Part shown: in pieces, positions 48,697 through 60,102 of the stretch | Layout: each line of letters begins with the position of its first letter | Position numbering within the stretch: position 1 is the first letter of the stretch | Assembly: GCA_040285855.1 (NCBI GenBank) | Contig: JAUFOQ010000003.1 | Coordinates: 2,418,001 to 2,482,000 of the forward strand | Direction: 5' to 3' | DNA length: 64,000 nucleotides | Origin: Eukaryota sp. GEM-RC1 | Lineage: Eukaryota | Notes under the pieces: model-generated | What the model was told of the DNA's origin: nothing | Seen by the model: the letters and a program-made list of their open reading frames with translations, nothing else | Databases searched by the model: none | Translations under genes and position numbers: made by a program

Positions 48697-49486
48697 GGGA
48701 CGGGTTAAATTGGTGAAAATTTTTTCTAACTAGGTGAAAAATGATTGACCAAATTTCATTTTACTAATCAGGTGAAAATAAAACTAACTAGGTGAATGTG
48801 AACACTATTTGCTAACCTATACATGAACTTTCGCTTTTAAACTCTGTACATTTCTAGCAATGCTTAGCTGCATTGTAAACATATTAATAGACTCTTTCTT
48901 TGTAATCAATAAACCAGTAGCACTGTTCTCGTCATCGTACTTCGGCAAAATGTCATCACTACACCTCTCGATTATATAGTGAACAGCACTCTTAGATCCA
49001 CGTATGGTTAAACTTCCATTCTACATTGGAAATTTGTCTTGAGGTCATTGAGAGCTGTTTGTCTGAGTTCTTTTCGGCAGAGAGTTTAAGAAAAGTAGTA
49101 AGTATTTTCTTGTTGATATCTAATTGTCCAAGGGTCTGTTCTGGAGATAATCAGCGACGCATCAGCAAGTGGGAGGTGTCCTCCGGAGAGGGAATGTGGG
49201 TCAAGTTCTTAGCCGTACCAGTTCCTAATTCTCCTTGACGACGGGCGTATGCTGAAGCGGACAGAGAAACCATGTTGTGCAGCACATTCATTCCATCTTC
49301 TCCGTCCCTCCCCCAAAGTCGGGAATGTCTGTTTGTCTTCTTCGTCAGGCTAAGAGACCCCATAAGATTCATCAGACATCGATACAGTAATTGTTGTATG
49401 TTTTCGAGATGTTAAGTTATTGAGGGTAGAATTTTCACCTACTACTACTAGTAGTTAACCATTTTTTCACCTTTTCATCGTTTTCC
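48697..49486 (-). mobile_element. Mutator-like non-autonomous element
   Basis: 9-bp TSD AACAAACAA, imperfect GG..GGTGAAAA..TAACTA inverted ends, minus-strand TFPTLGEGRRRWNECAAQHGFSVR (MuDR/FAR1-like). Confidence 0.8.
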
Positions 49487-49973
49487 AACAAACAAATAAT
49501 ACTAAAATTAAATCCAAACGACTTCACCACCACCCGGTAAAAGATTACGTTTTTCAACATTAACCTTCACACCAAACTTGTACAATTTCTCAATTAATCG
49601 AGAGAAATAGAGATGCATATTCCGACATATGGAAAACACTGAACGGTTTTTCCGTTCAGCCATTCTAAACTTACGCTTCTTTTCTTCACACAGTTCTTCG
49701 AAATCCTTGAACAATTGATCACCAGCAGGACTAATGGATCCAAAAAGAAAAACAGCAAAAGATTGAAACACAAATTTGGAATATGAGTTTCGATTTAATT
49801 CTTCCACTTGAGAGTTATACTTGGAGTGTTTGAGCTTTTCAGCAGCTCTTAACGGATTAAAAGACGAATCTAATATCTTACTAACACAAGATTTGTTACA
49901 AACATCTACTGTAGTAAAATCCATTAATGATTGGCTCGATTTAAGCCACGCAGTATGGAGATCCCCTCTTTTT

Positions 49974-50422
49974 CAGCTTTATGCCATAATGCAATTTTTT
50001 CGACTGTCATACGGGCCATACGCGTATGGCCGTATGGCCGTATTTCTGATGGCCTGTCTGGCGTGTTTTTGAAGTGTCTTAATGAGTGATGTGTTAACCC
50101 AACACCAAATTGTATATCACTTTTATTCAACGGCTAAATAGGATACCTTTTGATAAATCCGAGTCTTTTCAGACAGAACTCATTCATTTTCATTCTTTCA
50201 TGATCAATTGTCTTGCTCTAAACAAATTAAATCACCTCCAGATCTTAGCTACTGTACTGGAAACTTTTATTAAATGATATCGGATAATTGGATTACATTT
50301 GTATGGATTTAGTTGTAACTTATGAATATAGACATATCACAGAAAATTAAGGATCTTTATGGCAGAAAATGCCATACGCGTATGGCCGTATGGCACGTAT
50401 GGCATTATGGCACATAACGCTG
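49974..50422. mobile_element. 449-bp hAT-type MITE
   Basis: 8-bp TSD CTCTTTTT, TIR CAGC.TTA..TGCCATAATGC, palindromic GCCATACGCGTATGGC subterminal motifs. Confidence 0.88.
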
Positions 50423-51201
50423 CTCTTTTTTGATCAGTATATTCATTTTCTGTAAGGTGATTCAAAACTGGTTCAACTTTAAAGTGAAAACAATGGGCTT
50501 TAAACATGGAATAGCAAGAATCACGTACACCATCAAGAATTACTGCACATAGATGAATAAAATAACGACAATTAATTAAATGACGAAAAACACCATTAGC
50601 TCCACAAGAGCAAGTTGAATAGTTTAATAAATTTGCAGGCCAAATAGCCAAACGAAGACGCATATTGATCATCCAAGCTTCATCAGATAGCTGTAATCCA
50701 TACATCTTTGGAATTTGATGAATAAATCCAGAAGGTCCACTATTACAAAGGTCAATTAAAAAAGCAGCGAACTCGGGACTATTAGTTTTAGCCAAGCTAA
50801 TACGATTATTAAAGTCCAAGAGTTCAAACTCCTTGTCAATTTATTTTGCAGCTTACATACAGCAGACGGTAGAGATGAAATATTTTTTAACGGAGTCTCC
50901 TTCAAATGAGCAGGTTTTAGTTCTTGGTTGGAGTATAACATTTAGTTTCAGAAATCAACAGTTTTTAACTGGTCGCTGGCATAGAAACAATAACCGTAAA
51001 TGATAGATTTATACTCATCTCTTCATCAAAAATATGATTGCACAAGAATACACATTGAAAACAGAGACGCACGTCACGACATGACGCGACTTGACGAGAA
51101 AGATATTTGCGTTGCGTCACACCTTGCGTATCCAGAAATACTTGCGTTGCGTCACGTTATTTGCCCACACTACTCTACTGTACTACTAGTATCGGGTATA
51201 C

Positions 51202-51275
51202 AGCATTAACTTTATTCGGCACCCAATAAGGTAACCTTCCTACAAAACTGTGAAATTGTAAAATCCAACAAATAA
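51202..51275 (-). mobile_element. 74-bp extremely 5'-truncated CRE-A insertion
   Basis: Matches the CRE-A 3' terminus. 9-bp TSD CGGGTATAC (51193-51201, 51276-51284). Confidence 0.75.
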
Positions 51276-51329
51276 CGGGTATACTGTACTCAAAGTCGAT
51301 ACTACTATCAACTTCAATCAAGTTTTTTG

Positions 51330-51520
51330 AATACCATGACCGTAAACAGTCAGATATCTTGCTGTATCTTCACTTAAACGAGCACGCTTCTTTCTAACAA
51401 TGTGATTAGTAGTTGAAAACAACCTATCACTTGGAGCAGAACTTGTTGGAATGGGAAGATAATCCTTAGCAATACAAGAGAGCTTGGGATACTTTTATTG
51501 ATTATTTCCCCAACAATAAA
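51330..51520 (-). mobile_element. hAT transposase dimerisation-domain remnant
   Basis: KYPKLSCIAKDYLPIPTSSAPSDRLFS...RKKRARL. Confidence 0.8.
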
Positions 51521-51689
51521 AGAAGTGATTATATCTAGTACAATGTGCGCAAATCTTTGGTACCTACCGATTTAATATATCCGTACCGATGTCTTTTGAT
51601 TTTATAATACGTCCTGATTACGAATGATCTAAATGAATTTACAAATACAATTGTTTTAGTGGAGATTCATTGCCACGTCAAACACTGTC

Positions 51690-52124
51690 ACTGTACTTTT
51701 ACAATTTGTTTCTGTAGCTTTATGTCCAAATAAATACCTTTTGCTTCTTCAAAGCATCCGCATAATTGGAACACTTTCGCGGTTCAGCCTTTTCAAGATG
51801 ACCATTTAAATCATTCAAAATGCAGTCTTTGTAGACTTTAGCAAACGGGTCAACTGTAGTAGATATCAATCACAACTTAAGATGAATCCAGGAAAGGAAC
51901 AATTAGGTCATCACACCAACTACAGTATAATTTCAGGATTTGAACATTTCATAAGTAACATCACAAAGAGCATTATGTCGAACAGATCGAAATTGCAAAT
52001 AGTATCGCAACTAACAACATGACGAAGTGTGGCTGTAGAACTGTTATCGCAAACACAAATTGAATTATTTAGCAAACGACTAGGGAATAATCCCAGTCTA
52101 GGTTAAAGACGCATATGATTTTTT
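51690..52124 (-). mobile_element. Degenerate CRE fragment
   Basis: RLGLFPS, CVCD, DLIVPFLDSS, TTVDPFAKVY; similar to 35360-35890. Confidence 0.7.
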
Positions 52125-53052
52125 CAGTGTTATCAATTTTCAGAAATGCACCAAATGCGTCAAATGCGCGCATTTTGACGCCTTTTACGCATTTAGGATT
52201 TTGTGATCTTGCGCATTTTGACTTTGAGATTTTTTTTTCAATTTTTTTTTGTGCTTCAGTTTAAGTCTCTATGTCTCTATATACAATAACAGTGATGTTG
52301 ATCTCAAAACAGTGTTTTGAGTACCTCTTTCGTTGGACAAATGCAAAGTTGTATTGTATACAATTCAATGAACATTCTTTTGATATCACAATGTAAATTG
52401 GTTTAAAATCAGTGAAGTTAGTGTATGGCTGTGGGATTCAACCAAAACTTTTGATCAAAAGTCTGTTTTACCCATATTTACGAACAATGTAAATCGATGC
52501 AAAACCATAAACGGTTAATATCGTATAAAATACTGAATGAAATATGGTTTAAAGACCATTTATTAAGACACCAACGTCCACTGTTTGTCCTTAAAGTTGA
52601 AACACATTTTCTGTATAGAGTATGTGATCAACAGTAACAGTTGTTGAATGAGATTAGTCAATGAGAAGAGGATGTGCGTTTTCGAGCTCTCAACTCAGCT
52701 TAAAGACTTTCAACAAGTTCTGAACACAGTTTTGAACAAGAAAACACTACGTCGTCCCGGTACAAAGTGTTGTTTCATACGATTAGTTCCAGTGACGGAC
52801 TGGTGGACACAATGACGACAATGAACTGTAGCTTCTGATACAACAGAACCTTTGGAAGGAGGTTGGTATACAATTGTAGCGTGATGCCAAATGATGTAGG
52901 ATTTTGATACATATCGAAAGGGATATGGAATATAGAGAATTACGAGGACATGTATCAGAACGACGAAAAAGATTTTTATTTATGGGGTGTCTCAAGTTCG
53001 AAATCAAAATGCGCATTTCATTTCTGGAAAAAGTGCGCATTTGACAACACTG
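52125..53052. mobile_element. 928-bp non-autonomous hAT element
   Basis: TIR CAGTGTTATCAA / TTGACAACACTG, 8-bp TSD GATTTTTT, AAATGCGCATTT subterminal motifs. Confidence 0.88.
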
Positions 53053-53145
53053 GATTTTTTTCTTTCAAGGATCGTCTGGTTGTTCAAAAAAACAGTGTTC
53101 CATCTGTCCAACTAAAACAACTCTAACTATACTTGTCTTATCCAA

Positions 53146-54984
53146 ATGAACAATCTTATCTCCAACAATGAGGTCCGATGTGATTGCTGTATTTCAAATG
53201 ATTTTCGTCCAAATCCTTTCAAAGCTGGTCTCTGTGGAGATTGTCAACATCCTCAGGTTACCCATGGTCCTGGACTTCCTAAAGCCCAATGTTCAGTTGG
53301 GAATGTTTGTGATCGTTTCTCCTCATTCCAACTTGATTCTATTTGTCCTTCCGACACCACAGTTCCCGATGTAACGGCACAACATAAAACTCAGGATGCT
53401 ACGAATCCACTTGTATCTGGTGTTGGTATCAAACTTGGTAATTACAATACAATGGCTGCTCTTTACAAGCCAAAAACTACAAGTCAACGCTATGATGACG
53501 TTGAAATGATCACGTTGAACTATGGAGAAAACAGCCTGTCTACAACCGTCTCTTTTGACTCTACTGGTGCTCTTTTTGGTCAACCTTTTACTAACAATCC
53601 CGTCAACTCTGTCCTTTACGGTTTCCTTGCTTTATTAGGTAAGGGATTCAACGATGTAGCTGTGAGAAACTTTCTTGTCAACAACAGTTCTTTGAACTCA
53701 TTTGATCTTGTTGATATTGGTACTGAATGTACTTATGAGTTTACTGGAACTGAAGAAGGAAAAAGAAAGGTTATGCACAAAAATCCTCAAGAGCTTACAC
53801 ATCTCTTTCTTTGTCATCTAAAGCAAAAATTGAAGAATATTGCAATAACACCAATCTCAAAGTTGTTATTACTGTACCGTTGTCACTTCCCGAATCACAA
53901 CGATATCTTTTACTAAAGACTGCTGAATCAGTTTTTCCAGGTGTTAAGACTGTAAGTACACCAACTGCTATTTGTGCTGCCTATATTAATGAAAAACAGT
54001 CTCTAAAAGACAAAATATTGCTAGTTGTTGACATTGGTGCTATGAATACCGAGTTGGTTGCATGTCGATTTAGTGATAACGTGTTACACGTTCTTGCTGC
54101 TGACACATTGATTGATGTGGGGGGAACCAGTTTAGATGCAACAATTTTCAATTATTTTAGAGATGAATTGCCAAAAAATGTCAACAGGAAAAAGGTAGAT
54201 TTTGAAGACTTAAAGAGACAGTGCATCCTCAATAAAGAAGAAGAACTTTTTGATGATGACGTGGAGTCTGATGATGAAATTGAGATCGATGTTAGTTTTG
54301 TTGACTCAACTCCATCAATTAAACTGGCCCGGACAAAAGGACAAATTCTTGAACATTGTCATGAATTTTTCGATCAAGTTATCAGAGGTATCGGTGTGTT
54401 TCTGGAAACAACAACGGCTAGTCGATTTTATGTTGCTTACTGGTGGATGTGCCGAAATACCAGAATTAAGGAGAGAAATTTATAATGAGTTCAAAATCGT
54501 GGATCCTCAATGTAATGTTAAACAAAATACTGCTGCTGCTAGTGGTGCTTCTCTTATTGCTGCTGGTAGGTTTTCAGGACAACAAAAGTTTACAGTTTCC
54601 GAAATCACCACAAGTAGTCTTGGTATCAAAGGTAAATTTGGACAGTTTAATATATTGCTTAAAAAAGGCAGTCGCTTACCTTGCTCGTGTACAGAGGAAT
54701 TTGCCAACGAACACGATAACCAAACTCAACTAGTGATTCAAATTTACCAAGGTGAAGGTACTCGTATTTCCAGATTACATACCCTCCTTGGTGAAATATT
54801 GGTTGACATCCAACCACGAAAGGCTTTTAAATTCAAGTTTAAGGTATCATTTTGTTTGTCGATCAACAATGTGCTAAATGTATCAGCCATTGACATGCAA
54901 AATCAACAACTATCATCAATATGTATAAAAGGAAATATTAGTTCCACTAAAACAATGTTTAAGATATTACTTACCTGTTTCTAG
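53146..54984 (+). CDS. Cys/His finger + degenerate Hsp70 module (two frameshifts)
   Basis: CDCCISNDFRPNPFKAGLCGDCQHPQVTH, then GVGIKLGNYNT and the shared module across ORFs 53146, 53811 and 54250. Confidence 0.8.
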
Positions 54985-55101
54985 GTCCATTCTGAACACA
55001 AACACTTGCAGATCAAATACACATTTATTGCAAATTATGAATCAATCAACACAACAACAGAGAGCTGCAGCCAGTCAATAGATGGTAAACACAGCCACAA
55101 A

Positions 55102-56411
55102 TCATAATGAAATACAAGACCTAACAGCTTTTGTAAAACAAAGACGACAATGACCATGTTCACTACAAAGCTTCGACAATTCATCATCTGTTAAGAAACC
55201 ACTCTTCTGACAAAGATCAATACTTGTTTCCAGAAACAGGCGTGCAGATTCAACAGACGAAATTCGAGCTGCTTCCAGCAGAGTTTCTTCACATATCTTA
55301 CAGGGATCTTCATCGATTACCGTATTCAAATTCTCAGTGGTGTTCTTTGATTGAATATTGTGCACATCATCACGAAACTGGATGCACTTTTGTACAGATC
55401 ACGATTTTTAAGACTCTTGGTATCAACAAAATTTGAGGGAAATTCAACAGCGGATAAAGGCCCAATGCACATTTTAACCTTACCAGGAAACAAACGGTAA
55501 ATCCTCTCTTCAATGAATGGTATCAAACTACCTCCTCCAGTCAGAATAAATTCACTTATATTATTCTTATCATTGAGTTCCTTTAAGTGCTTTTCAACTG
55601 GCGCAAATAGGACAGAGAAGTTACAACGTTCTTCGTACTGTTCTATTAAAATGAGGCCATCCTCATATTTGAATGGAGACTCACATAGACGTTGATCTTC
55701 GTACTCCTCATAATCGGAAACCTGAGTTCGAATAGTTTGGCACACTTTCAAAAATTGAAAGAGTTCCGACGGTTTACAAGAGTCACGGTCATACTGGGTG
55801 TTTTTGAGAAAGGTCTCGTCCAGAAGAGCGGTTCCAAAATTGAAGGATCTTACAGAGCCCGTACGAATGTCTTCTATGGGAGAATAAAACTGAGTGGAGA
55901 GCAGAGAGTAATCAACCTTGACAATTTTGGTACATGAGAAACCAATATCTATAAATACAACAGATGAATTCGGATAAGATGGTGAATAACGACAGGATAT
56001 AGACTCAGACCAAGGGATGCAGCTAGCTTTCGAAAAACCCGCCGCTAACGCAGCAGCAACGAAGTTATCAGATTTGGATGTGACGTGATCAGTCTCAGAT
56101 GGTAAAGACCCGGATAACAAGTGGTCATCTAAAATCATAACAACATCTGTGAGATCAGAGATGTTATACTTATGGGATATGTAATATTTCAGACAGGAAA
56201 GATATAAACAGAAGTGGCACTCCATGATTTGGGATTTGACAAACGACAACTCATCCTTAAAGGTAAGGTGTTGTTGGGAATATGTTAAATTGTGTAACGG
56301 GGCTTCAGACATCCAGCGGTGGCTTGAAATGGAAAAGACAGTGCTCTCGAAATGAAAACCCTGAATCGAAGTTGAGGAGATTGGAATCAAACAATGAGTT
56401 TCGGTGTACAT
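55102..56411 (-). CDS. Highly divergent Hsp70/actin-fold ATPase-like protein with Cys-rich C-terminus (frameshifted)
   Basis: AALAAGF, VVFIDIGFSCTKI, FGTALLD, FILTGGGSLIPFIEE; downstream CKIC and HGHCRLC in ORF 55102-55365. Confidence 0.6.
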
Positions 56412-56599
56412 TAAAGATGATCTTAGATGAGATTATAAGATAAGTCTATACAGTAGAACCGGTTCTCCCGAGAGGCTAACCACATGATGAAACCTGCCAT
56501 CAAAGAGGCGCACGATTGCTTTGGAAGTGCTGGAGCCAACCTCGATTATCAATGTTGACATTTTGGAAAGATTTATTCAGTTCAGTATCAGTCCAACTA

Positions 56600-57530
56600 C
56601 ACCAGCAGCAGTAATTAGTCTCACTGAGACTAATTTTGTATTGAGCTCTTTGACCCTCCATCTCTGAATTAGTCTCACTGAGACTATTTATGTAGTGAGA
56701 CAAATTTGGTCATGAGACTAATTATGTCCTCAAATTTTTTTGGTTGGAGAAGTCCAGTAATCCTTTTGCTGCAAATATGTATTCGTAAAACTCATATTAA
56801 ACAGAAATCGCCTATCCTCTTTCAATCACATCATCTAAACGAGTTCTTGTTCATCAATTCAAGTGTCGAAGTGTTCCTGGTCGTCAACTGTATTCCAAAG
56901 ATCATGTGTTTCGTCAACAATGTTCGTCAGTACATGTACATAGACAGGAGTCAAAAATGAGGTTTTCATTCATAGTCTAATAATAATACACAAATGTCAA
57001 ATGCAATTTTCTCAAACGAATTACAGTTCATTCTGTATTTTGAATAATTTGTTACCCACTACACAATTGTATCATTACCGTTTTTCTCGAACTCTATTAT
57101 TCATTGTTGGAAGGTGGCTTTGAACACTGTAAGCCGAGGTTGATGGACCAAAGCAGGCAAAAGCAATCAATGTGGTCAGAGGATTCTTCCCTCTTGGACC
57201 AAGATCAAAATGTACTGGCTTTTATAAAATTATCGGTTGTTTAATACTAGTTTGAATGTGTTTCTTATGGAGAAACAGTGTGTGTATTTAGTCTTGGTGT
57301 GAAGACACTTCTTTACGATGTTTAGTCGAAAACTACATGTACATTAACATCAAACAGTTTGTATGCTTGAGATTTCAAGACATAATTAGTCTCACTTCCG
57401 CAATTCTGAAAGTGACAAGGACAAAATTAGTCTCGACTAATTCTGTAGTGAGACCAATTCCTGTATACACCGGCAGCAATAATTAGTCTCACTACAGAAT
57501 TAGTCTCAGTGAGACTAATTTTGTCCTGAA
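56600..57530. repeat. Clusters of palindromic AATTAGTCTCA-N-TGAGACTAATT motifs (probable DNA-transposon subtermini)
   Basis: Multiple full and half copies at 56610-56725 and 57380-57525; related motif at ~22813. Confidence 0.55.
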
Positions 57531-57894
57531 ATCTCAATTATACATACATTGTATATTTCTCTATTCAATGCAGTTATCGATTAATCATCGTAAAGAAGTG
57601 TGTTCTCATCAATATTAAATATACAAACTGTTTTTCATAACAAGCACATTCACATTAGTATTAAACAAACATGTTGATCACTATTGTTGTGCAGGCAAAC
57701 ATTTTGATGACAATTTTTGTAATCTATACCTGACTGCAAAATCGTCTTTTAACAACCCTAGTTTATGGCAATAATGTCGGTTGTTGTTTATCAACTATTG
57801 GCAATTATTCAGCTCTCGAATTTTCAATTGATAGTATAATTGAAGATTTCGCTTTCAGAACGGTACCATATGTCACCATCAGTTCAAATTCCAG

Positions 57895-58285
57895 TTAATG
57901 AAGACGAAGACGATCGTATTGACCTCCAAAACAATACCCGAAAAGCGTTTCGAAACGCTTCGTTTTTTCCCTAGTTGACGGTTTATATGAGGGGTTTCTA
58001 TTAATATACTCGGAATATGCTTTGGAGTTTTTATCATCACACAAAGATACCTCAGTGGTATCGCCATCATCTTCTGTCATTTTTCTCAGAGATTGTAGGA
58101 TGTCACGGTGGCGACGTTCCACTAATCTGTTACTTTGAGAGAAATTAGGGACGGATTTCTGCGTTTCGATGTCAAAAGCCCGACACACGCCATTGAAGAC
58201 ATGGTTGGCAAACTCCTTGCCATTATCACTATGACTATGAATCAGGTGGGGTATACCAAAGAAGGCGCATACATTACACACTAGT
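57895..58285 (-). mobile_element. Internally deleted Gypsy-1-related integrase/chromodomain fragment
   Basis: LVCNVCAFFGIP..SDNGKEFANHVF..ERRHRDIL joined to DGDTTE..KAYS. Confidence 0.85.
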
Positions 58286-58560
58286 TTCCAAATCCTTATA
58301 CTTGGATTTAAGATAGTTAAGGATGCGGTGAATAGCAAGGCAGAAGAAGAAAGGACCAAGAGAATCTCCTTGTTTAGCACCTGTTAGTGAAGTTAGATTA
58401 GCCGATTTGCAGACCAAATCAGACGAACTGCCATAAAAGGGATGAAAAAATGATTCCAATTCTGGAAAATGTTCTTGTAATTGCAGTAAAATAGCAGCAA
58501 ATTTGACAGAGTTGAATGCGTTTTACAGTCAAGATTAAAAACAAAATTGTCAACTTTTGT
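58275..58560 (-). mobile_element. CRE RT fragment
   Basis: NAFNSV, FYGSSSDL, GAKQGDSLGPFFFCLAIH. Confidence 0.8.
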
Positions 58561-58859
58561 TGACTATACCGTCAATGGATAAACTATTATAAGATGTTTT
58601 TGATAACATAGGTGTATTGAACGGAGATAAGTGAAATCTATAAAGTAAAATATAGAAATACACAACACTTTCGCGTTTATAATAAGATCAGATGTCAAAG
58701 CTGCAACTGAAGCACCACCAATTGTTGTAAGTACTACTGTAGTAGTTTATATTTTGCTAATTTATGACATAAATCCATTTCTTGTTTTTTTCATACAGTA
58801 TTTGTCTAATCTGTAAGTTTATGGAACACAAACAGTAAGGTAGAGTACACTATAAAGTA

Positions 58860-59650
58860 CAAAAACTAGAACTCAATATCATTAAAGCAACAATCATTGC
58901 CATTAACACCCACATCTGCTTTTTCTTCATAAAAAATACTGAGAGCTAATAGAGCTTTTGAAATCATGATAGAAATTGTTTTAAATATTGTAAAAAAAAA
59001 TACGATTCAACTAAAACTTGAAATCAAATTTATTGTTCATTCTTTTTTTGACAACTTTCTCAAAATCAGAGAGAAAACAAAGAACGTCTTTCCCAAGTCG
59101 ACCATAAATTGAAATTGCAAAAGGACATAATTTGTACTCAACATGTCTAGTATGTTTTGGGAGCAGTTTATGGTACATCATGTTTGTTTCTCTTGTATTG
59201 ATCTGAATAATCCAGTTGAAAAACTTCATTTTTAGCATCCTTAAAAGCAATCTTTTGCAAATATCCACAGTAATCACAGCAACAACCGTTAGTGCATCAT
59301 TGACTAATGGAACGATGACATCAGCGCTTGTTTGACCAAAGGTCTTATCAGAATCACTTTTTTTAAAATTTCTGGTTTCAAGTGATCTCAACAGTGGCTC
59401 AACGAAAGATTCAATTTTGTAAGACTTACACATTGCATGAATTTAATCTCTGGCAGCATCATGAATGCAAATTCATTAAGTAATAAGACGATTGCAACTC
59501 AAAAGGTGAGAAAAAGTAACTAATTTACCACATTTACATTCAAGATCATTAGGTAGGATAGAGGGCCACAAGAAACATCGAAGTCTAAATGTTGTAGTCC
59601 ATTGATGATTATTCAACAACAATACACAAATCTGTGAAATATGGTTAAAA
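58860..59650 (-). mobile_element. CRE-B-related 3' fragment
   Basis: WTTTFRLR, CKCG..HLLSC, VEPLL, SADVIVP, LCPFAISIYG. Confidence 0.8.
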
Positions 59651-60102
59651 ATTTAAAATCCAAAAATGGTCAGAATGAAGTTACTCTACCAGAACTTCCG
59701 TATCTGGATGATTTCGTGAATGCCGTTGCAAATATTGTCCACCCAGGCTCTAGTCTTGTCCATTCTTCCTACTCCATCCCTTGTAGTTATGCCCACGATA
59801 CAGATGTTTGAATGGCGCAACCTTTGTTCTTTCTAGATCTTCTTGAAATAAATACTCATTGTTGAGAATGGAGATGCACAGTGCGTTTATTCTATATAGC
59901 GTATGTTGATACAGTCCAGCTATAAACAGTTTTGATTTTACTTAGTTATATTTTCAGGGGGATTTTTGCGGGGAGTCAAGTAATGTTGAAATTGTAAGAA
60001 ACTAGTGGTAGAGAACAATTGAAAACAACATTGATGTGAAACACTGTTTGTTTAAACAGACAAAAAGACACAGAATTTTGTAATATACAAATATGGTGGA
60101 CC

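Larger units (their letters stand above)
48640..50913 (-). mobile_element. CRE-A 5'-truncated copy interrupted by two DNA transposons
   Basis: Segments 48640-48696, 49487-49973 and 50423-50913 are colinear with ~39990-41010. Confidence 0.88.

Noticed and set aside
57895..58380. 161-aa ORF as a novel RT-integrase fusion gene
   Set aside because: Chance junction of an out-of-frame CRE RT fragment and a deleted Gypsy integrase fragment.
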